DNA of 64,000 nt from an uncultured archaeon (GTDB lineage: Archaea > Thermoproteota > Nitrososphaeria > Nitrososphaerales > Gagatemarchaeaceae): positions 736,001 through 800,000 of the forward strand of contig CAWCYD010000003.1 in assembly GCA_963799775.1 (NCBI GenBank). Direction: 5' to 3'. This document shows, piece by piece, positions 50,461-62,461 of this stretch. Position 1 is the stretch's first letter. The number at the start of each line of letters is the position of its first letter. Below the pieces are notes generated by a model, which made no database searches, had not been told where the DNA came from, and worked only from the letters and a program-made list of their open reading frames with translations. Made by a program: the position numbers and the translations under genes.

Positions 50461-51565
50461 TTACTGAGCGACCGGAGTCTGGATCATCCTCTGGAGCGCC
50501 TCCGCGAAGATCGGCGCGACCGGGACGATGTGCTTCGTTATCGGGTCACTTGTTCTTCACGGTGTCTGTCGTGACTATCCTTGACACCCCTGCCCGGGTG
50601 AGCCTCTCGAGGGTGGACATCGGCACCTTCTCTCCGGGCGCCTTGCGTTTGTGGTTTATCGCGTGAGTGCAGGCCAGGGTGATGTCGGTCGCCCCTTTTG
50701 TGGCGAGCCAGCTGGAGACCTTCGCGATTGTCGTGCCAGTCCCCACCATATCATCGAAGAGAATGAGCTGCCTCCCGCTCAGGTCTGGGACGGTCCTCCC
50801 CGATGCGAGCGTGACGGAGACGTCGTCTTTCTTCCTCACCTTGTCGAAGAGGATGACCTCATCGTCGGTCGTCTTGAAGAAACGCTCGACCGGCTCCGCT
50901 ACGGGCCTGTGCCCCTTGTCAGGGATGACGACGATAGGGTGCTCGATGCCGAGCTTCTCCTTGGCGTAGGTGGCCAGCGCGTTCGTCGCGGTCAGGTTGT
51001 ACACCTGGAGCTCTGACCCGTCGATGGCTACGTTCCCAATCTGCGTAGCACCGAAGTCGACGCGGCCCACGCTCCTCCAAAAGTGGACGTCTATGGTGAA
51101 GATTCGGTCGACCTTCATCGCCTTTATCGCCCGAAGGATCGCGCGGATGCTCAGAGCCTCTCCTTGGTGGAAGACCTTGTCTTGGCGGGCGTGGACGAGG
51201 TATGGTATCACGAGGTCGATGTAGCGGACGTTCTGCTGACGGAGCGCGTCTATCGTCAGAAGCATCTCGATGAAGTGATGGTTCTCCATCGGGACCGTCG
51301 TCTGCACGTAGATCACGTGAGACCCGGTCAGCTCGAGCTTCACCTTGTCGAGGGGCAGCCTGACGTAGACCTCGCTGTCTGCGAAGTCCTCGGCGTAGAC
51401 GTCAAGAGCTTCGTGAAGGCCTAATGCCCTTGCTATCCCCCGCGCGATCAGTCTGGAGTTCCCGGCCTTCCCTCCGAAAACGACGGTCCGGTCTGCGCCT
51501 GAGACGGAGGGAGCGTGAGCGGCGGGCATTTCCTGGTCTCCTAGACGGCCGAAAGCCATCGGCAT
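50461..51565 (-). CDS. prs: Ribose-phosphate pyrophosphokinase (C-terminal indel)
   Basis: F.DSEVYVR, PYLVHARQD, PDKG, FDDMVGTGTT, ACTHA. Confidence 0.9.
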
Positions 51566-51646
51566 TTAATCCTTATAGATTCCAACTACGCCGAACGAGT
51601 TTGGGACGGGGAGCGGTTATATCAGCCGTCCCCGGGCGAAGGGCTC

Positions 51647-51871
51647 ATGGGATTGAAACTGGTGATTCAGGATGACACGGGCAAGCTCCTAGGGATGGTC
51701 GAGGCGACCTCGCGGGGCAAGGACAGGCCGTTCAGCTCTGGATCGGTCGGGTACTACGTGAACGGCAAGATCTCCGTCCCCTCGGTGGTGGACGGAGAGA
51801 GCAAGACCCATCAGATCAGTTGCAGCGTCGTCGAAGTAGGCACGAAGGGCAAGTTCCAGCCGTCGAAATAG
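51647..51871 (+). CDS. Small hypothetical protein
   Basis: 74 aa; FSSGSVGYY.NGK motif; TTATAT upstream. Confidence 0.65.
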   Translation: MGLKLVIQDDTGKLLGMVEATSRGKDRPFSSGSVGYYVNGKISVPSVVDGESKTHQISCSVVEVGTKGKFQPSK

Positions 51872-51889
51872 GCCCCACGACCTCTGGCC

Positions 51890-52758
51890 TCACTTGGCGT
51901 TCTTGTGGGAGATCCCGAGGGCCTCCCAATAGGCCCCGGGCGTCCCGATGTCTATCCAAGACTCGTCGACCCTGAGTTCCACACCCATCACCTTCTTCCC
52001 GAGCTTAAGCAGCCTCGCGATCCCGTCCGTGAGCTGAAGCTCCCCACCGACGCCGGGACCGGCCTCCTGGATCGCGTCAAAGATGCTGTGCCTGAAGAGG
52101 TAGACCGGGGTGACCGCCAGGTTCGACTTTGGGGACGCGGGCTTCTCCACTATCTCGTCGATCGCGACGACGCCTTTGGAGACCCTCCCTGTGGCGACGC
52201 CGTATTTCCTCGGGTCGACCACCCTCCTCAAGGCCAAGGCGCTCTCCGCCCCGTTCTCGAACGCCGAGAGGAGGCGCCTTAGGTGCCCGTAGTTGACAGC
52301 GTAGACGTATGCGTCTCCTGCGTGGACCAGAAAGGGTCCTCGCCCGCGAAGACCCTCGCTTGGAGGACCGCGTGCCCGAACCCCAGGGGGACAGGTTGGT
52401 TCACCCACATGATGCTCGCCTGGTCCACTCGCCTATAGAACCTCTCGAGGGCGGAGGCTATCGCGGATGACGAGGCGGGAGAGGCTTCTCGGGCCGTGAG
52501 CCTCCTGAGGTAGTCCTCGTCAGGCGTGAAGTGGTCCTCGATGGCCCGCTTTCCCCGTCCAACGACGAAGAGGAACTCCCTTATCCCAAAGTCGAAGAGC
52601 TGCTCGAAGACGAGCTGGACCAGGGGCTTGATGCAAAGCTCCCCTCCTTCGCTGGCGAAGATCGGCAGCATCTCCTTGGGCTGGACCTTGGTGGCGGTGA
52701 GTAGTCTAGTGCCTAGCCCCGCGACAGGGATGACAGCCTTGATGTCCTTGGCTTTCAT
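51890..52758 (-). CDS. Sugar-phosphate nucleotidyltransferase (GalU-like), frameshifted
   Basis: PVAGLGTRLL..PKEMLP, Q..P.GFGHAV, VEKP, GELQLTDG, WIDIG. Confidence 0.9.
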
Positions 52759-53999
52759 CAGGAACTCGCTCGGCTCGTCTGAGCCTGTTCCATCGGCAAG
52801 AGTGCGAACCTCCTGGTGTCTCCATCGAGCTTCATGATCGAGGCCCGGGAGAGCGATCTCTCTGCGAGTGCGGGAAAGTCGTATCGGCGAGCCGCCTCTA
52901 GGACGACCTGCACGTCCATCCTCGTCCGGGGGTGCCTGCTCACTATCGAGCAGCAGTCCTTGTAGTCAGCGACGGAGTCCTCGTAGGTGCCCATCCTCTC
53001 AGCAAGTTCGACGATCTCGGACTTGTCGTACCCGAGGACCGGCCGGAGCGTCGGCATTGAGCAGCCTGCGTCGATGCACGCAAGGTTGTATAGCGTCTGC
53101 GACGCGACCTGACCCAGGTTGTCTCCGGTCGAGATGGCGAGAGCCGCCACCCTGCGAGCCACCCTCTCCGCGACGACCCTCATGAAGTGCCTGAAGACGA
53201 TGGGCTCGTAGTCCGAGCGGAGGTCCGCGGTCGCTACCTGATACTCCGTGAACGGGACGAGCACGAGAGGCGGTCCGCCGGGGGCGAACTTGGAGAGGGT
53301 CTCGATCAGGCGGGTCATCTTCGTCTCGAGGATCTGCTCAGGCGAAGGAGCGACGTAGAAGTGGAGGTACGTGAGGTCGCAACCGCGTTTCATCATGAGA
53401 TACGCGGCCACAGGAGAGTCGATCCCCCCCGAGAGGAGGTGGACAACCTTCCCCGTGGTCCCGACCGGCAGGCCTCCCGGACCTCTTTCCTTCGAGGTGC
53501 GCAGCAAGATTCTGTCGTCGAGGATGTCCACGGAGAGCGTGACGGCGGGCTTTGTGAGGTCGACCCGGAGCCCCGTCTTTGCAAGGTCGTCTCCCAGGGC
53601 CACGGCCATCTGCTGAGACGACATCTCGAAGCTCTTGTTGGCGCGCCTCGCCGTGACGCGGAATGTCGAGAATCCGGGCGAGTGCTTCAACCTGGACATC
53701 TCGCGGACGGCAAGGTCCCTGGCGGACGCGTAGTCGAGCGGGCTCTCTATCACCTTGGCGGACCACGCGACACCGAAGACCTCCTTGGTCGCTTCCAGTA
53801 CGGGTCGCCAGTCCGGCTCGGCGGACTCGCTGGAGACGATGAGCCGCTGGTCGAGAAGATCGATGGTGAAGCGCCCCAACGGCTCGAGCTTCAAAGCCAG
53901 GTTCCTCTCGAGACGCCTCTCGAAATAGGAGCGGTTGTTCCCTTTTATCCCGATCTCGGCGTAGTGGACGACGACGGAGATCCGAGACTGGTCGAGCAT
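52758..53999 (-). CDS. thiI: tRNA 4-thiouridine synthase
   Basis: YAEIGIKG.NR, THUMP domain, LSGGIDSPVA, TGDNLGQVASQT. Confidence 0.95.
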   Translation of the reverse strand: MLDQSRISVVVHYAEIGIKGNNRSYFERRLERNLALKLEPLGRFTIDLLDQRLIVSSESAEPDWRPVLEATKEVFGVAWSAKVIESPLDYASARDLAVREMSRLKHSPGFSTFRVTARRANKSFEMSSQQMAVALGDDLAKTGLRVDLTKPAVTLSVDILDDRILLRTSKERGPGGLPVGTTGKVVHLLSGGIDSPVAAYLMMKRGCDLTYLHFYVAPSPEQILETKMTRLIETLSKFAPGGPPLVLVPFTEYQVATADLRSDYEPIVFRHFMRVVAERVARRVAALAISTGDNLGQVASQTLYNLACIDAGCSMPTLRPVLGYDKSEIVELAERMGTYEDSVADYKDCCSIVSRHPRTRMDVQVVLEAARRYDFPALAERSLSRASIMKLDGDTRRFALLPMEQAQTSRASS

Positions 54000-54118
54000 C
54001 CCTAGCAGGTGCCCGCCTCGCGTCCGATATAAAGTCGGAGAGGCGGTCGAATGGACCGCAGACGTGAAAACGCAGGCGAAAACCCTTTTTCAAGTGCCTG
54101 GATAGGCGACTGCCGCTC

Positions 54119-56660
54119 ATGGTATCCAAGAGGGTGCCGTATCACATCCCCGGCTCTTCGAGGCATCCTCCCCCTGACAAGGAGTTCCATGCCGGACACA
54201 TCGGCATCCAGCTCAAGGTCGAACTTGAGAAGAAGCGGATAAGCGGAGCTTGCAGGACGAAGCTCACGCCGCTTCGAGAGGGGATCGGGACGATCCATCT
54301 GGACGCACGGGACATGCACATCCAGGGCGTGACCCTGGACGGCGTCAAGGCCCAGTTCGAGCACGACGGCAAGATCCTGGCCGTCTCCGTCCCTGGATCC
54401 CTCGCTCTCGCTAGCCACGAACTGAGGGTGGACTACTCGGCTGAGCCGAAGCAAGGCCTATACTTCGTCTCTCCCGACGACGAGTTCAGAGACAAGCCGA
54501 TCCAAGCCTGGACGCAAGGCGAACCCGAGTTCTCGAGGTACTGGTATCCTTGCCACGACCACCCCGACGACAAGTCGACGTCCGAGATGACGATCACGGT
54601 CCCCGACGGATTCATCGTCGTCTCCAACGGCAGGCTGGAATCGGAGAACAAGGAGGGCGGTTGGACCACATATCGCTGGAAGGAGGAGTGTCCCCCACTC
54701 CAACTACCTCAACTCGTTCGTCGTCGGCAAGTTCGGCGTGATCGAACAAGCGGCCGAGGGAGTCCCTCTGCAGTATTACTTCCCAGAGTCGAAGAGAGGA
54801 GACGCCCTGCGGCTCTTCGGGCAGACGCCCGAGATGCTCAAGGTCTTCGAGTCCCTCACGAGGACAAAGTACCCGTTCGAGAAGTACTCGCAGATTGCCG
54901 TGCACGACTTCCTGATAGGCGGCATGGAGAACGTCAGCGCCACCACGCTCACCGACACAAGGTTCCCCGACGCTAGGTCGGAGGAGGACTACTCCGGGAG
55001 GTACTCAAGGCCGGACAGGAATCACATCGAGCTCGTGGCGCACGAACTGGCCCACATGTGGTTCGGAGACCTGGTGACGGCGAAGCACTGGCCGCACCTC
55101 TGGCTCAACGAGGGCTTCGCGACGTACTTCCAGGCTCTCTACACGAGAGAGGAACTCGGCGAGGACGAGTTCCGGCACGACATGCTAGCAAAGGCGGAGA
55201 CCTACTTCGACGAGGACGAGAACATGTACAGGAGGGCCATCGTGGACGACGTCTACGTCTACTCGGACGACGTGTTCGACGCCTGTGCCTATGAGAAAGC
55301 CGCCTGGATGATACACCAGTTGCGATACATCATGGGAGACGAGGTCTTCTTCGACGCGACCAGCGAGTACCTCAGGCGCTTTTCACGGGCAAACGTTGAC
55401 ACCCACGACTACATGAGAGTCGTCGAGGAGAAGAGCGGCCTCTCGCTGGAGCTGTACTTCGAGCAAGCGTTCTACAGGGGCGGTCACCCGGAGTTCGAAG
55501 TGAGCTACTCTTGGGACGAGTCTAGCCACTCGGCAGAGGTCCATCGTGAAACAGACCCAGCAGGTCGACGATGTCACGCCGGTGTTCTCCCTGCCATGCG
55601 ACCTGACGTTCTACATCCCCGGAGCCGTAGGCGCGGTGAAGAACGGCGGGAGGCTCTTGAGACGGGTACGGCTCGACTCGCGTGAGCAGAGGTTCACGTT
55701 CGAGTTGCCCTCCAAGCCCACGATCGTCGAGTTCGACCCCGAGGAGAACCTTCTGAAGAAGGTGAAGTTCGAGAAGCCGGTCTCGATGCTTCTCAGCCAG
55801 CTCGAAGCGAGCGTCGACGCATCCAGCAGGAGAAGGGCGGCGGAGGCCCTGTCGGGCTTCCGCTCGTTCGATGTGGTCCAGGCCCTCGAGAGGGCCGCCA
55901 AGCTGGAGGAGCAGCACTTCTCTGTGCGCTCCGAGGGGGCCAAATCCCTCGGAAAGATCGGGAGCAGGGAGGCGCTCGAGGCGCTCTTGGGCCTGACTGC
56001 GGTGAGGAACAGGAGGGTCAGGAGGGCGGTGGTCGCTGCGTTGGGAGAGTTCAAGGGAGAAGAGCGGCTTGCGGGACCGCTGAAGGACGCCCTGAGGAAA
56101 GACGAGAGCCCATACGTCCAGTGCGAGGCGGCGGTCTCCTATGGGAAGGCAAAACTCAGGGACGCGTACGAGGTCATAACCTCCGCCGTAGGCTCGCCTT
56201 CTCCGGAGGAGGCGATAACAGAAGCCTGTTTGGAGGCGTTGGGATACGTGAGGGACCAGAGGACCAGGGGGTTCCTCAGGGGGTACCTGCCCTACGGCAA
56301 CCCGCTGAGGGCCAGGGTGGGCGCCTTGAAGGGGCTCTCGCGCCTCGGCTGGCTCGAGGAAGAAGAAGTGGCGACGCTCAAGGAGTTGCTCAAGCAAGAC
56401 AAGGAGTTCACGGTCCGGGCCGAGGTGCTCGAGATGGCTGCCGAGCTCCTGGACAGGCGGTTCCTCGAAGTCGTCAAGGAGGCGGCTGAGAGAGACATCG
56501 ACCCCAGGGCACGAAGGAGAGCGATGGAGGTCGCGCTCAGACTCGAGGACGCGAAAAGCGTGGAGGTCGCGCTGGCCCATGTCAGGGAGGAGCCATCGAG
56601 CGCGTGAGGGACGAGAACAGGGAGCTCAGGGAGAGGTTCTCAAGCAAGAACATGTCCTGA
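54119..56660 (+). CDS. M1 family aminopeptidase with C-terminal HEAT repeats (indels)
   Basis: GGMEN, HELAHMWFG..WLNEG (HExxH..E); HEAT-like repeats. Confidence 0.92.
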
Positions 56661-56675
56661 TCCGGAAGCCGCACC

Positions 56676-57359
56676 CTAGAGACTCGGGAGGAGCGTCTCC
56701 AGCTCGTGAAGCGAGCCAAGGACGAAGTCTGGCTGGAGCTTGCGGAGGGAACCGAGGTCGTGTTTCCCGGTCGCCACGGACGCTATCCGTATCCCCGCCG
56801 CCCTTGACGCCATGACGTCTGTCGGACTGTCGCCCACGTAGAGGACCTCCCTTCGGTCCAATCCGAGCCTCGCAATGGCCGTGGTGATGCCCTCAGGACG
56901 AGGCTTCATTACAGGGAGGTCGTCTCGCGTGAAGGAGGCCCCGAAATACTTCTTGAACCCGAGGTTCTCCATCGCGTACTTCGTCGCCGCCCTGCCGCTG
57001 TTCGTCAGTAGCGAGAGCGTCAGAGGCACCCCTCCTTCGCCGCTGAGCCTCGAAAGGATGGCCTCCGCCCCTGGGAGAAGCCTCGAGTGCCGTATCCACC
57101 CCACCTCCAGAGCGTCGAGCGCCTGGAAGGTGCGCGCCCTCACGCTGTCATAGCTCTGCTTCACCAGCCCTGCATCGATCTGCGACTTCGCCAGGTCGAG
57201 GATTTCTTGGACGTAGAGTCCCTTTGTGTTCGATTCGATGAGGTCCATCCTGAAGCCGCTTCTCTTGAGCTCGTTCGCTATCTCCCGACGGAAGACCGTC
57301 CCATCGACGTGGAGCGTGATGAGGGTCCCGTCGAGGTCGAAGATCAGTCCTTTGAGCAT
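56676..57359 (-). CDS. HAD family hydrolase (phosphoglycolate phosphatase-like)
   Basis: FDLDGT, TNS, KP.P, VGDS..D. Confidence 0.9.
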   Translation of the reverse strand: MLKGLIFDLDGTLITLHVDGTVFRREIANELKRSGFRMDLIESNTKGLYVQEILDLAKSQIDAGLVKQSYDSVRARTFQALDALEVGWIRHSRLLPGAEAILSRLSGEGGVPLTLSLLTNSGRAATKYAMENLGFKKYFGASFTRDDLPVMKPRPEGITTAIARLGLDRREVLYVGDSPTDVMASRAAGIRIASVATGKHDLGSLRKLQPDFVLGSLHELETLLPSL

Positions 57360-57404
57360 CTTTTGACGACCCGTGGACGCATGTATCTAGGTAAGCTTTT
57401 TTCG

Positions 57405-57536
57405 TCAGATCTTGCCCTTTGCGAAGAGTATCAGGATCGCCGCGCCCGCCAGGCCAAGAGCTATCGCGAGAATCACGATAGGCTGGGAGATGTCTGACTG
57501 CGACACCAACGGGGAGAGGTGCTGGAACGAGACCAT
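57405..57536 (-). CDS. 43-aa single-TM microprotein
   Basis: MVSFQHLSP..IVILAIALGLAGAAILILFAKGKI; TTTAAG upstream. Confidence 0.55.
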   Translation of the reverse strand: MVSFQHLSPLVSQSDISQPIVILAIALGLAGAAILILFAKGKI

Positions 57537-57596
57537 GCGTCCTGACCGCTTGTTCCCATTGGGCCACTTAAATATTTGCAAGGGCTTCCGAGGAAC

Positions 57597-58919
57597 GTGG
57601 CGCGCGTCTCCATCCTAGGAGGCCTGGGTGAGATCGGGGGGAACAAGATACTGGTGGAGGACAAGGACGCCCGCATCATGCTCGACTTTGGGATGTCGAT
57701 ATCACAGAGGGCCAGGTTCTTCTCAGACCCTTACGTCTCGCCGAGGCGGGCCGAGAGCCTGCTCAGCCTCGGGATAATCCCGAAGGTAGAGGGCGTGTAC
57801 GCGTGGGAGGAAGGGGAGGAGAAGATCGACGCAGTCTTCCTGAGCCACGCCCACCTCGACCACTATGGCTACCTCTCGATGGTCAGAAAGGACGTCCCCG
57901 TGCTCTGCGGGGAGACTACTGAGAGGCTCATGTCCGCCATCACGGAGACGAGGCGCGCGTCGTTCGAGACAGACTACCGTGGCATCCAGTACAAGACCTT
58001 CAGGAGCGGCGCATCGGTGAAGGTCGGTAGCATCACGCTGCGACCCATCCATGTCGACCACAGCATACCAGGGGCGTACGGCGCGGTAGTCGAGACCTCG
58101 ACGGGGTCTTTGGTCTACACGGGCGACCTCAGGGCCCACGGCCGTGCTTCGCACTTGACCAAGGATTTCGCGCAGGCCGCAGCAGAGAGCGACGCGAACC
58201 TTCTGCTGACCGAGGCGACGAACATGGTGGGAGGCTCGGTCTCGACGGAGGAAGAGGTGGCGAGGAAGCTGGAGATGGTGATCCCTGAGGCCAAGGGGCT
58301 GGTGATGGCGAGCTTCTCGGGCATAGACACAGACAGGGTCACCTCCTTCCACAAGGCAGCGGTGGCCGCCGACCGGAAGCTGGCGATAACCGTCAAGCAG
58401 GCCTACCTGCTCTCGAAGCTAGAAGGGGTGAGCCTGAGCGAAGGGCTCCCGAAACTGAGCCAGGGAGGCGTCGTGATATTCAGGCGAAACAAGAAGAGAT
58501 ACGACAAGTGGGAGGAGGAGGTCTCGAAAAAGGCCGAGGTCATCGGCGCCGAGGATCTTACCAAGTCTCCGAAGACCTATGTGGTCGCCACCTCGCTCTC
58601 AGACATGGAGGGCATGGTCGGGATAAAGCCGAGCTCGGGGAGCGTCTACATCCTGTCCTCTTCAGAGCCGTACAACGAGGAGATGGAGCTCGACATGCAG
58701 AGGCTGATAGAGTGGCTCGACTTCTACGGGATGCCGCTCTATCACATACACGTCTCCGGGCACATAATGCCGCAGCAGCTTCGTAGCCTCGTCGGGAGCA
58801 TAGGAGCGAAGAGAGTGGCACCTATCCACACGGAGCATCCGGAGCTCTTCCTGAAGTTCGGCCTGGACGACAAGGGCGAAGGGGTGCTGCCCGTGAAGAA
58901 CCAGTGGTTGGAGATCTAG
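57597..58919 (+). CDS. RNase J-like MBL/beta-CASP hydrolase
   Basis: GGLGEIGGN, SHAHLDH, DHSIPG, YTGD, HVSGH, PIHTEH. Confidence 0.88.
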   Translation: MARVSILGGLGEIGGNKILVEDKDARIMLDFGMSISQRARFFSDPYVSPRRAESLLSLGIIPKVEGVYAWEEGEEKIDAVFLSHAHLDHYGYLSMVRKDVPVLCGETTERLMSAITETRRASFETDYRGIQYKTFRSGASVKVGSITLRPIHVDHSIPGAYGAVVETSTGSLVYTGDLRAHGRASHLTKDFAQAAAESDANLLLTEATNMVGGSVSTEEEVARKLEMVIPEAKGLVMASFSGIDTDRVTSFHKAAVAADRKLAITVKQAYLLSKLEGVSLSEGLPKLSQGGVVIFRRNKKRYDKWEEEVSKKAEVIGAEDLTKSPKTYVVATSLSDMEGMVGIKPSSGSVYILSSSEPYNEEMELDMQRLIEWLDFYGMPLYHIHVSGHIMPQQLRSLVGSIGAKRVAPIHTEHPELFLKFGLDDKGEGVLPVKNQWLEI

Positions 58920-58967
58920 AGGGAAGACAGCAAGGTAGAAATAACGTAACCAGGAGTTCGCCCAGGG

Positions 58968-60442
58968 ATGGCGCGCGGCGGCGGACGGTCGTCCCTACCC
59001 CAGGAACAGAAGGGCCTGGCCGACTACTGCGTCCGAGAAGCGCTCAAGCTGGGAGCGCAATACGCGGAGGCGCGCATCCACGGCGGGACGGGCACCGGGT
59101 TCATGCTAAAGAACGGGGAGCCCCAGCCTTCGGTCATCGACGACAGTTTTGGCATCGCCACGAGGATCATAGTCGGCGGGGCGATGGGCTTCAGCGCGAC
59201 GAACCTTCTCTCTCGAGAGAAGGTGAGGGACATGACCGCCCGGAGCATCAAGATGGCGAAGGCGTCCTCGAGGCTCGTCAAGGAGCCCATCTCCATGGGG
59301 GAAGTCAACTCGGTCTCCAGGAAGGTGAGGGTATCCGAGAAAGAGCCGATAGAGGGGGCGGACCCCAACTGGCTCAAGTCCCTCCTCTTAGAGATTGACA
59401 AGAGGGTCGTGGGGACGCAGAGCGGGGGCGTGAAGGTCCCCGAACAGGATCATGGCCGCCGCAGCGGCGGTCGAGGAGAAGTACATCGTCACGAGCGACG
59501 GGGCGAAGGTCGAGAGCAGGGTCCACCAGGTTCAACTTCTTCGCCGTGCTCACCGCCTTGAAGGGGGGAGAGACGGCCCAGAGGGTGATCCAGCAGGGAG
59601 AGACTGGAGGTCTGGAGATAGTCAAGAGGATAAGGCTCCTCGAGCTCGTCGAGGCCGAGGCCGAGACCTTGGTCGAGGTCGTCGGGACCGCAGAGAAATC
59701 GCCGTCGGGGATAATGGACGTGGTCCTCTCCCCTGAGCTGTCCGGCATCGCGGCCCACGAGTCCGTCGGGCACCCGCAGGAGGCGGACAGGATCCTCGGC
59801 AGGGAAGGGGCGCAAGCAGGCGAGTCGTACCTGTCCAAAGATAGCCTGGGCACCAAGATCGGCAGCAAGGAGGCGAACGTGAGCGACGACCCGACCCTTC
59901 CGCACTCCAACGGCTACGTCCCCGTGGACGACGAGGGAGTCGTGTCCAGGAAGCGACGTCTGATAGTCGGTGGGAGGATAAACGAGTTCCTCCAGAACAG
60001 GGCCACCTCGTCCCTGCTCGGGGTAGAGGACAACGGCTCGTCCCGGTCGTCCGGGTTCGACAGGGAACCGATAATCAGGATGTCCAACACTTTCGTGGAG
60101 CCCGGAGACTACTCCACCACCGAGGAGCTGATCAGGGAGGTCAGCGACGGGATATACATCAAGTCGTTCACGGAGTGGAACATCGACGACAAGCGCCTCA
60201 ACCAGAGGTATACGGGCCTGGAGGCGTACCGCATCGAGCGAGGCGAGGCGACACACCTCATCAGGGCACCCGTCCTCGAGATAACGACGCCTGCCCTCTG
60301 GGGGAGCGTCAAAGGAAGGAGCAAGAGGCTCGAGTTCGAGGCAGCGTCCTGCGGCAAGGGAGACCCGATGCAGGGGATACCCGTCTGGACGGGTGGGCCG
60401 GACACCTTGCTGGCAAACGTGAGGATCATGGGTGGCGGGTGA
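58968..60442 (+). CDS. tldD: TldD family metalloprotease (indels)
   Basis: HESVGHPQEAD, DDEG, RMSNT, CGKG..QG.PV..GGP. Confidence 0.92.
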
Positions 60443-61818
60443 GCGGGTCGGCCAAGATGATGGGCGCGGACGAGTCGAACGAGTTCGCCCTGGCCGTCGC
60501 GAAGAAGCTGGGCGTGGACGAGGCCATCCTGATCACGTCGATCTCCGACGAGACGATGGCAAGGTTCGCGAACAGCTCCGTCACAGTCACGAAGAACGTG
60601 AGCGAGAGCGGACAGATGGTCTACCTCGCCAAAGGCGGGAGGAGGATAATCGGGAGCTCCTCCAACCCGGAGAAGGCGAGCCTCGAGAGGTTCATCGGTC
60701 TCCTCTACAAGAGCCTGCTGAGCCTTCCAAGAGACCCTGGCTACGTCGCATTGCCTGCGAAGGGACGGCCGTACAGGTCGGGCAACGGCTACGACAATAA
60801 GCTGGAGAACCCGGAGGGCCTGGTCCCTGGTTTCGTGGCGGATGCGATCCGCGCGGCGGAGTCCGCCGGGGCTGCGAGGAGCGCAGGAAGCCTGGAAGCA
60901 GGGGTGACCTCCCACCACATCGCTTCCTCGACAGGGACGGTCGGGAGCGACACGAGCTCCAAGATACTGCTCAACATAAGGGCGTTCACAGACAAAGAGG
61001 CGAGCGGCCACGGCCTCTCTTGCTCCGCCACGGTGAAGGGCTTCGACCCCAGGAAGGCGGGAGAAAAGGCGGGGTCCAACTCCAAGAGGATGAGGAACGC
61101 CAAGCAGCTCAGGGAGGAGGGCCAGACCTACAGCGTGCTCATGAGCCCTACCGTCGCAGCCAACCTCATCGGGCTCGTGGGAGAGTTCACGTCGGCGTTC
61201 TCTGTAGAGGCGGGGACGTCCTACCTCGTGGGAAAGCTCGGGAAGAAGGTCGCCTCGACGTCCCTCGGGTTGAAGGACGTCGCGAGAGGCGACGGTTGTC
61301 TCCAGGCGCGCACATTCGACGACGAGGGCCAGCCGACTCAGACGACGGCGCTCATCGAGGACGGCGTGCTCAGGAACTACCTGCACAACCTATCCACGGC
61401 GAAGAGGTTCAAGACGAAGACCACGGGAAACGCGGGGATAATAGACCCGGGACCCTGGAACCTCGAGGTCTCTGCCGGGGACTCGAGCTACGACGAGATG
61501 GTCAAGGAGATGGAGAGCGGCATAATCCTCACAAGCAACTGGTACACGCGGTTCAAGAACTATCGGACGGGCGAGTTCTCGACGGTGCCCCGGGACGGGA
61601 CGTACCTCGTCCAGGGGGGCGAGATAGCCGCGCCGATAAAGGGGATAAGGGTGAGCGACAGCCTGGAGAGGATGTTCTCCTCGATAAGGCTGCTCTCGAA
61701 GGGGAGGGAGTGGGTCCAGTGGTGGGAGGTGGATACCCCGACCCTCTGTCCTTGGGTGCTCGTGGACGGCGTGACCGTCACAAAGGCCTACGGCGGGGTC
61801 GCGGCTCCCGCCGGATAG
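60439..61818 (+). CDS. TldE/PmbA family protein
   Basis: RFANS, FDDEG, TTGNAG; start overlaps tldD stop (GTGA). Confidence 0.9.
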   Translation: MSGSAKMMGADESNEFALAVAKKLGVDEAILITSISDETMARFANSSVTVTKNVSESGQMVYLAKGGRRIIGSSSNPEKASLERFIGLLYKSLLSLPRDPGYVALPAKGRPYRSGNGYDNKLENPEGLVPGFVADAIRAAESAGAARSAGSLEAGVTSHHIASSTGTVGSDTSSKILLNIRAFTDKEASGHGLSCSATVKGFDPRKAGEKAGSNSKRMRNAKQLREEGQTYSVLMSPTVAANLIGLVGEFTSAFSVEAGTSYLVGKLGKKVASTSLGLKDVARGDGCLQARTFDDEGQPTQTTALIEDGVLRNYLHNLSTAKRFKTKTTGNAGIIDPGPWNLEVSAGDSSYDEMVKEMESGIILTSNWYTRFKNYRTGEFSTVPRDGTYLVQGGEIAAPIKGIRVSDSLERMFSSIRLLSKGREWVQWWEVDTPTLCPWVLVDGVTVTKAYGGVAAPAG

Positions 61819-61937
61819 GGATCCCTTCCGGGGAAGCAGAGGTGCCCCTCTAGACGGCGACCAGGAGGAACCAGCTCAGAGGTCTCTGGCCCTCGATCGA
61901 ACGCGAGTTCGCAAGGCAGAGCTCGAGGCTGCTCGTC

Positions 61938-62390
61938 GTGAAGAGGATGCTCCAGTACGGGGTGAGGGTCACGAAAGAAGGGGGCTTGTACGTGGGAGGA
62001 ATGGAGGTGGACTACTCCGCGCTCGCGAGAGACGTCGGCACCGACAGGAGGGTGGTGAAACAGACGGCGATGAAGATAGCGGCCGACCCCTACCTCTACT
62101 CCATCTTCTCGGGCCTCGTCCCCATAGGGTCCAGCCTCCTGAAGGTCGTCTCGAGCATCGGCTACTCGGCCATCATCATAGAGGCCGACCCGAGGAAGGC
62201 CGGAGTGATCTCGAGCGTGACGGGTGTCCTGGCCAGGCACGGGATAGTTGTGAGGCAGGCGCTGGCAGACGACCCGGACATCGCCAGCGACGCGAACCTG
62301 ACGCTCATCGTCGAGGGCGCCGTAGGCGGGAGCGCGATAGCGGAGCTGGAGACTCTGGACATGGTCCGCGGGATAACGGTCAGGAAGTGA
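61938..62390 (+). CDS. ACT-domain regulator of amino-acid metabolism (true start probably further upstream)
   Basis: ALARDVGTDRRVV HTH-like segment; ACT D...AGVIS.V. Confidence 0.8.
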   Translation: MKRMLQYGVRVTKEGGLYVGGMEVDYSALARDVGTDRRVVKQTAMKIAADPYLYSIFSGLVPIGSSLLKVVSSIGYSAIIIEADPRKAGVISSVTGVLARHGIVVRQALADDPDIASDANLTLIVEGAVGGSAIAELETLDMVRGITVRK

Positions 62391-62461
62391 GGGCGGCGAC
62401 GAGAGCCGAGGCTCCCGCAGAACCGTTTTTATCCCACGCGACGGCGGCTGCCTGAAACAGC

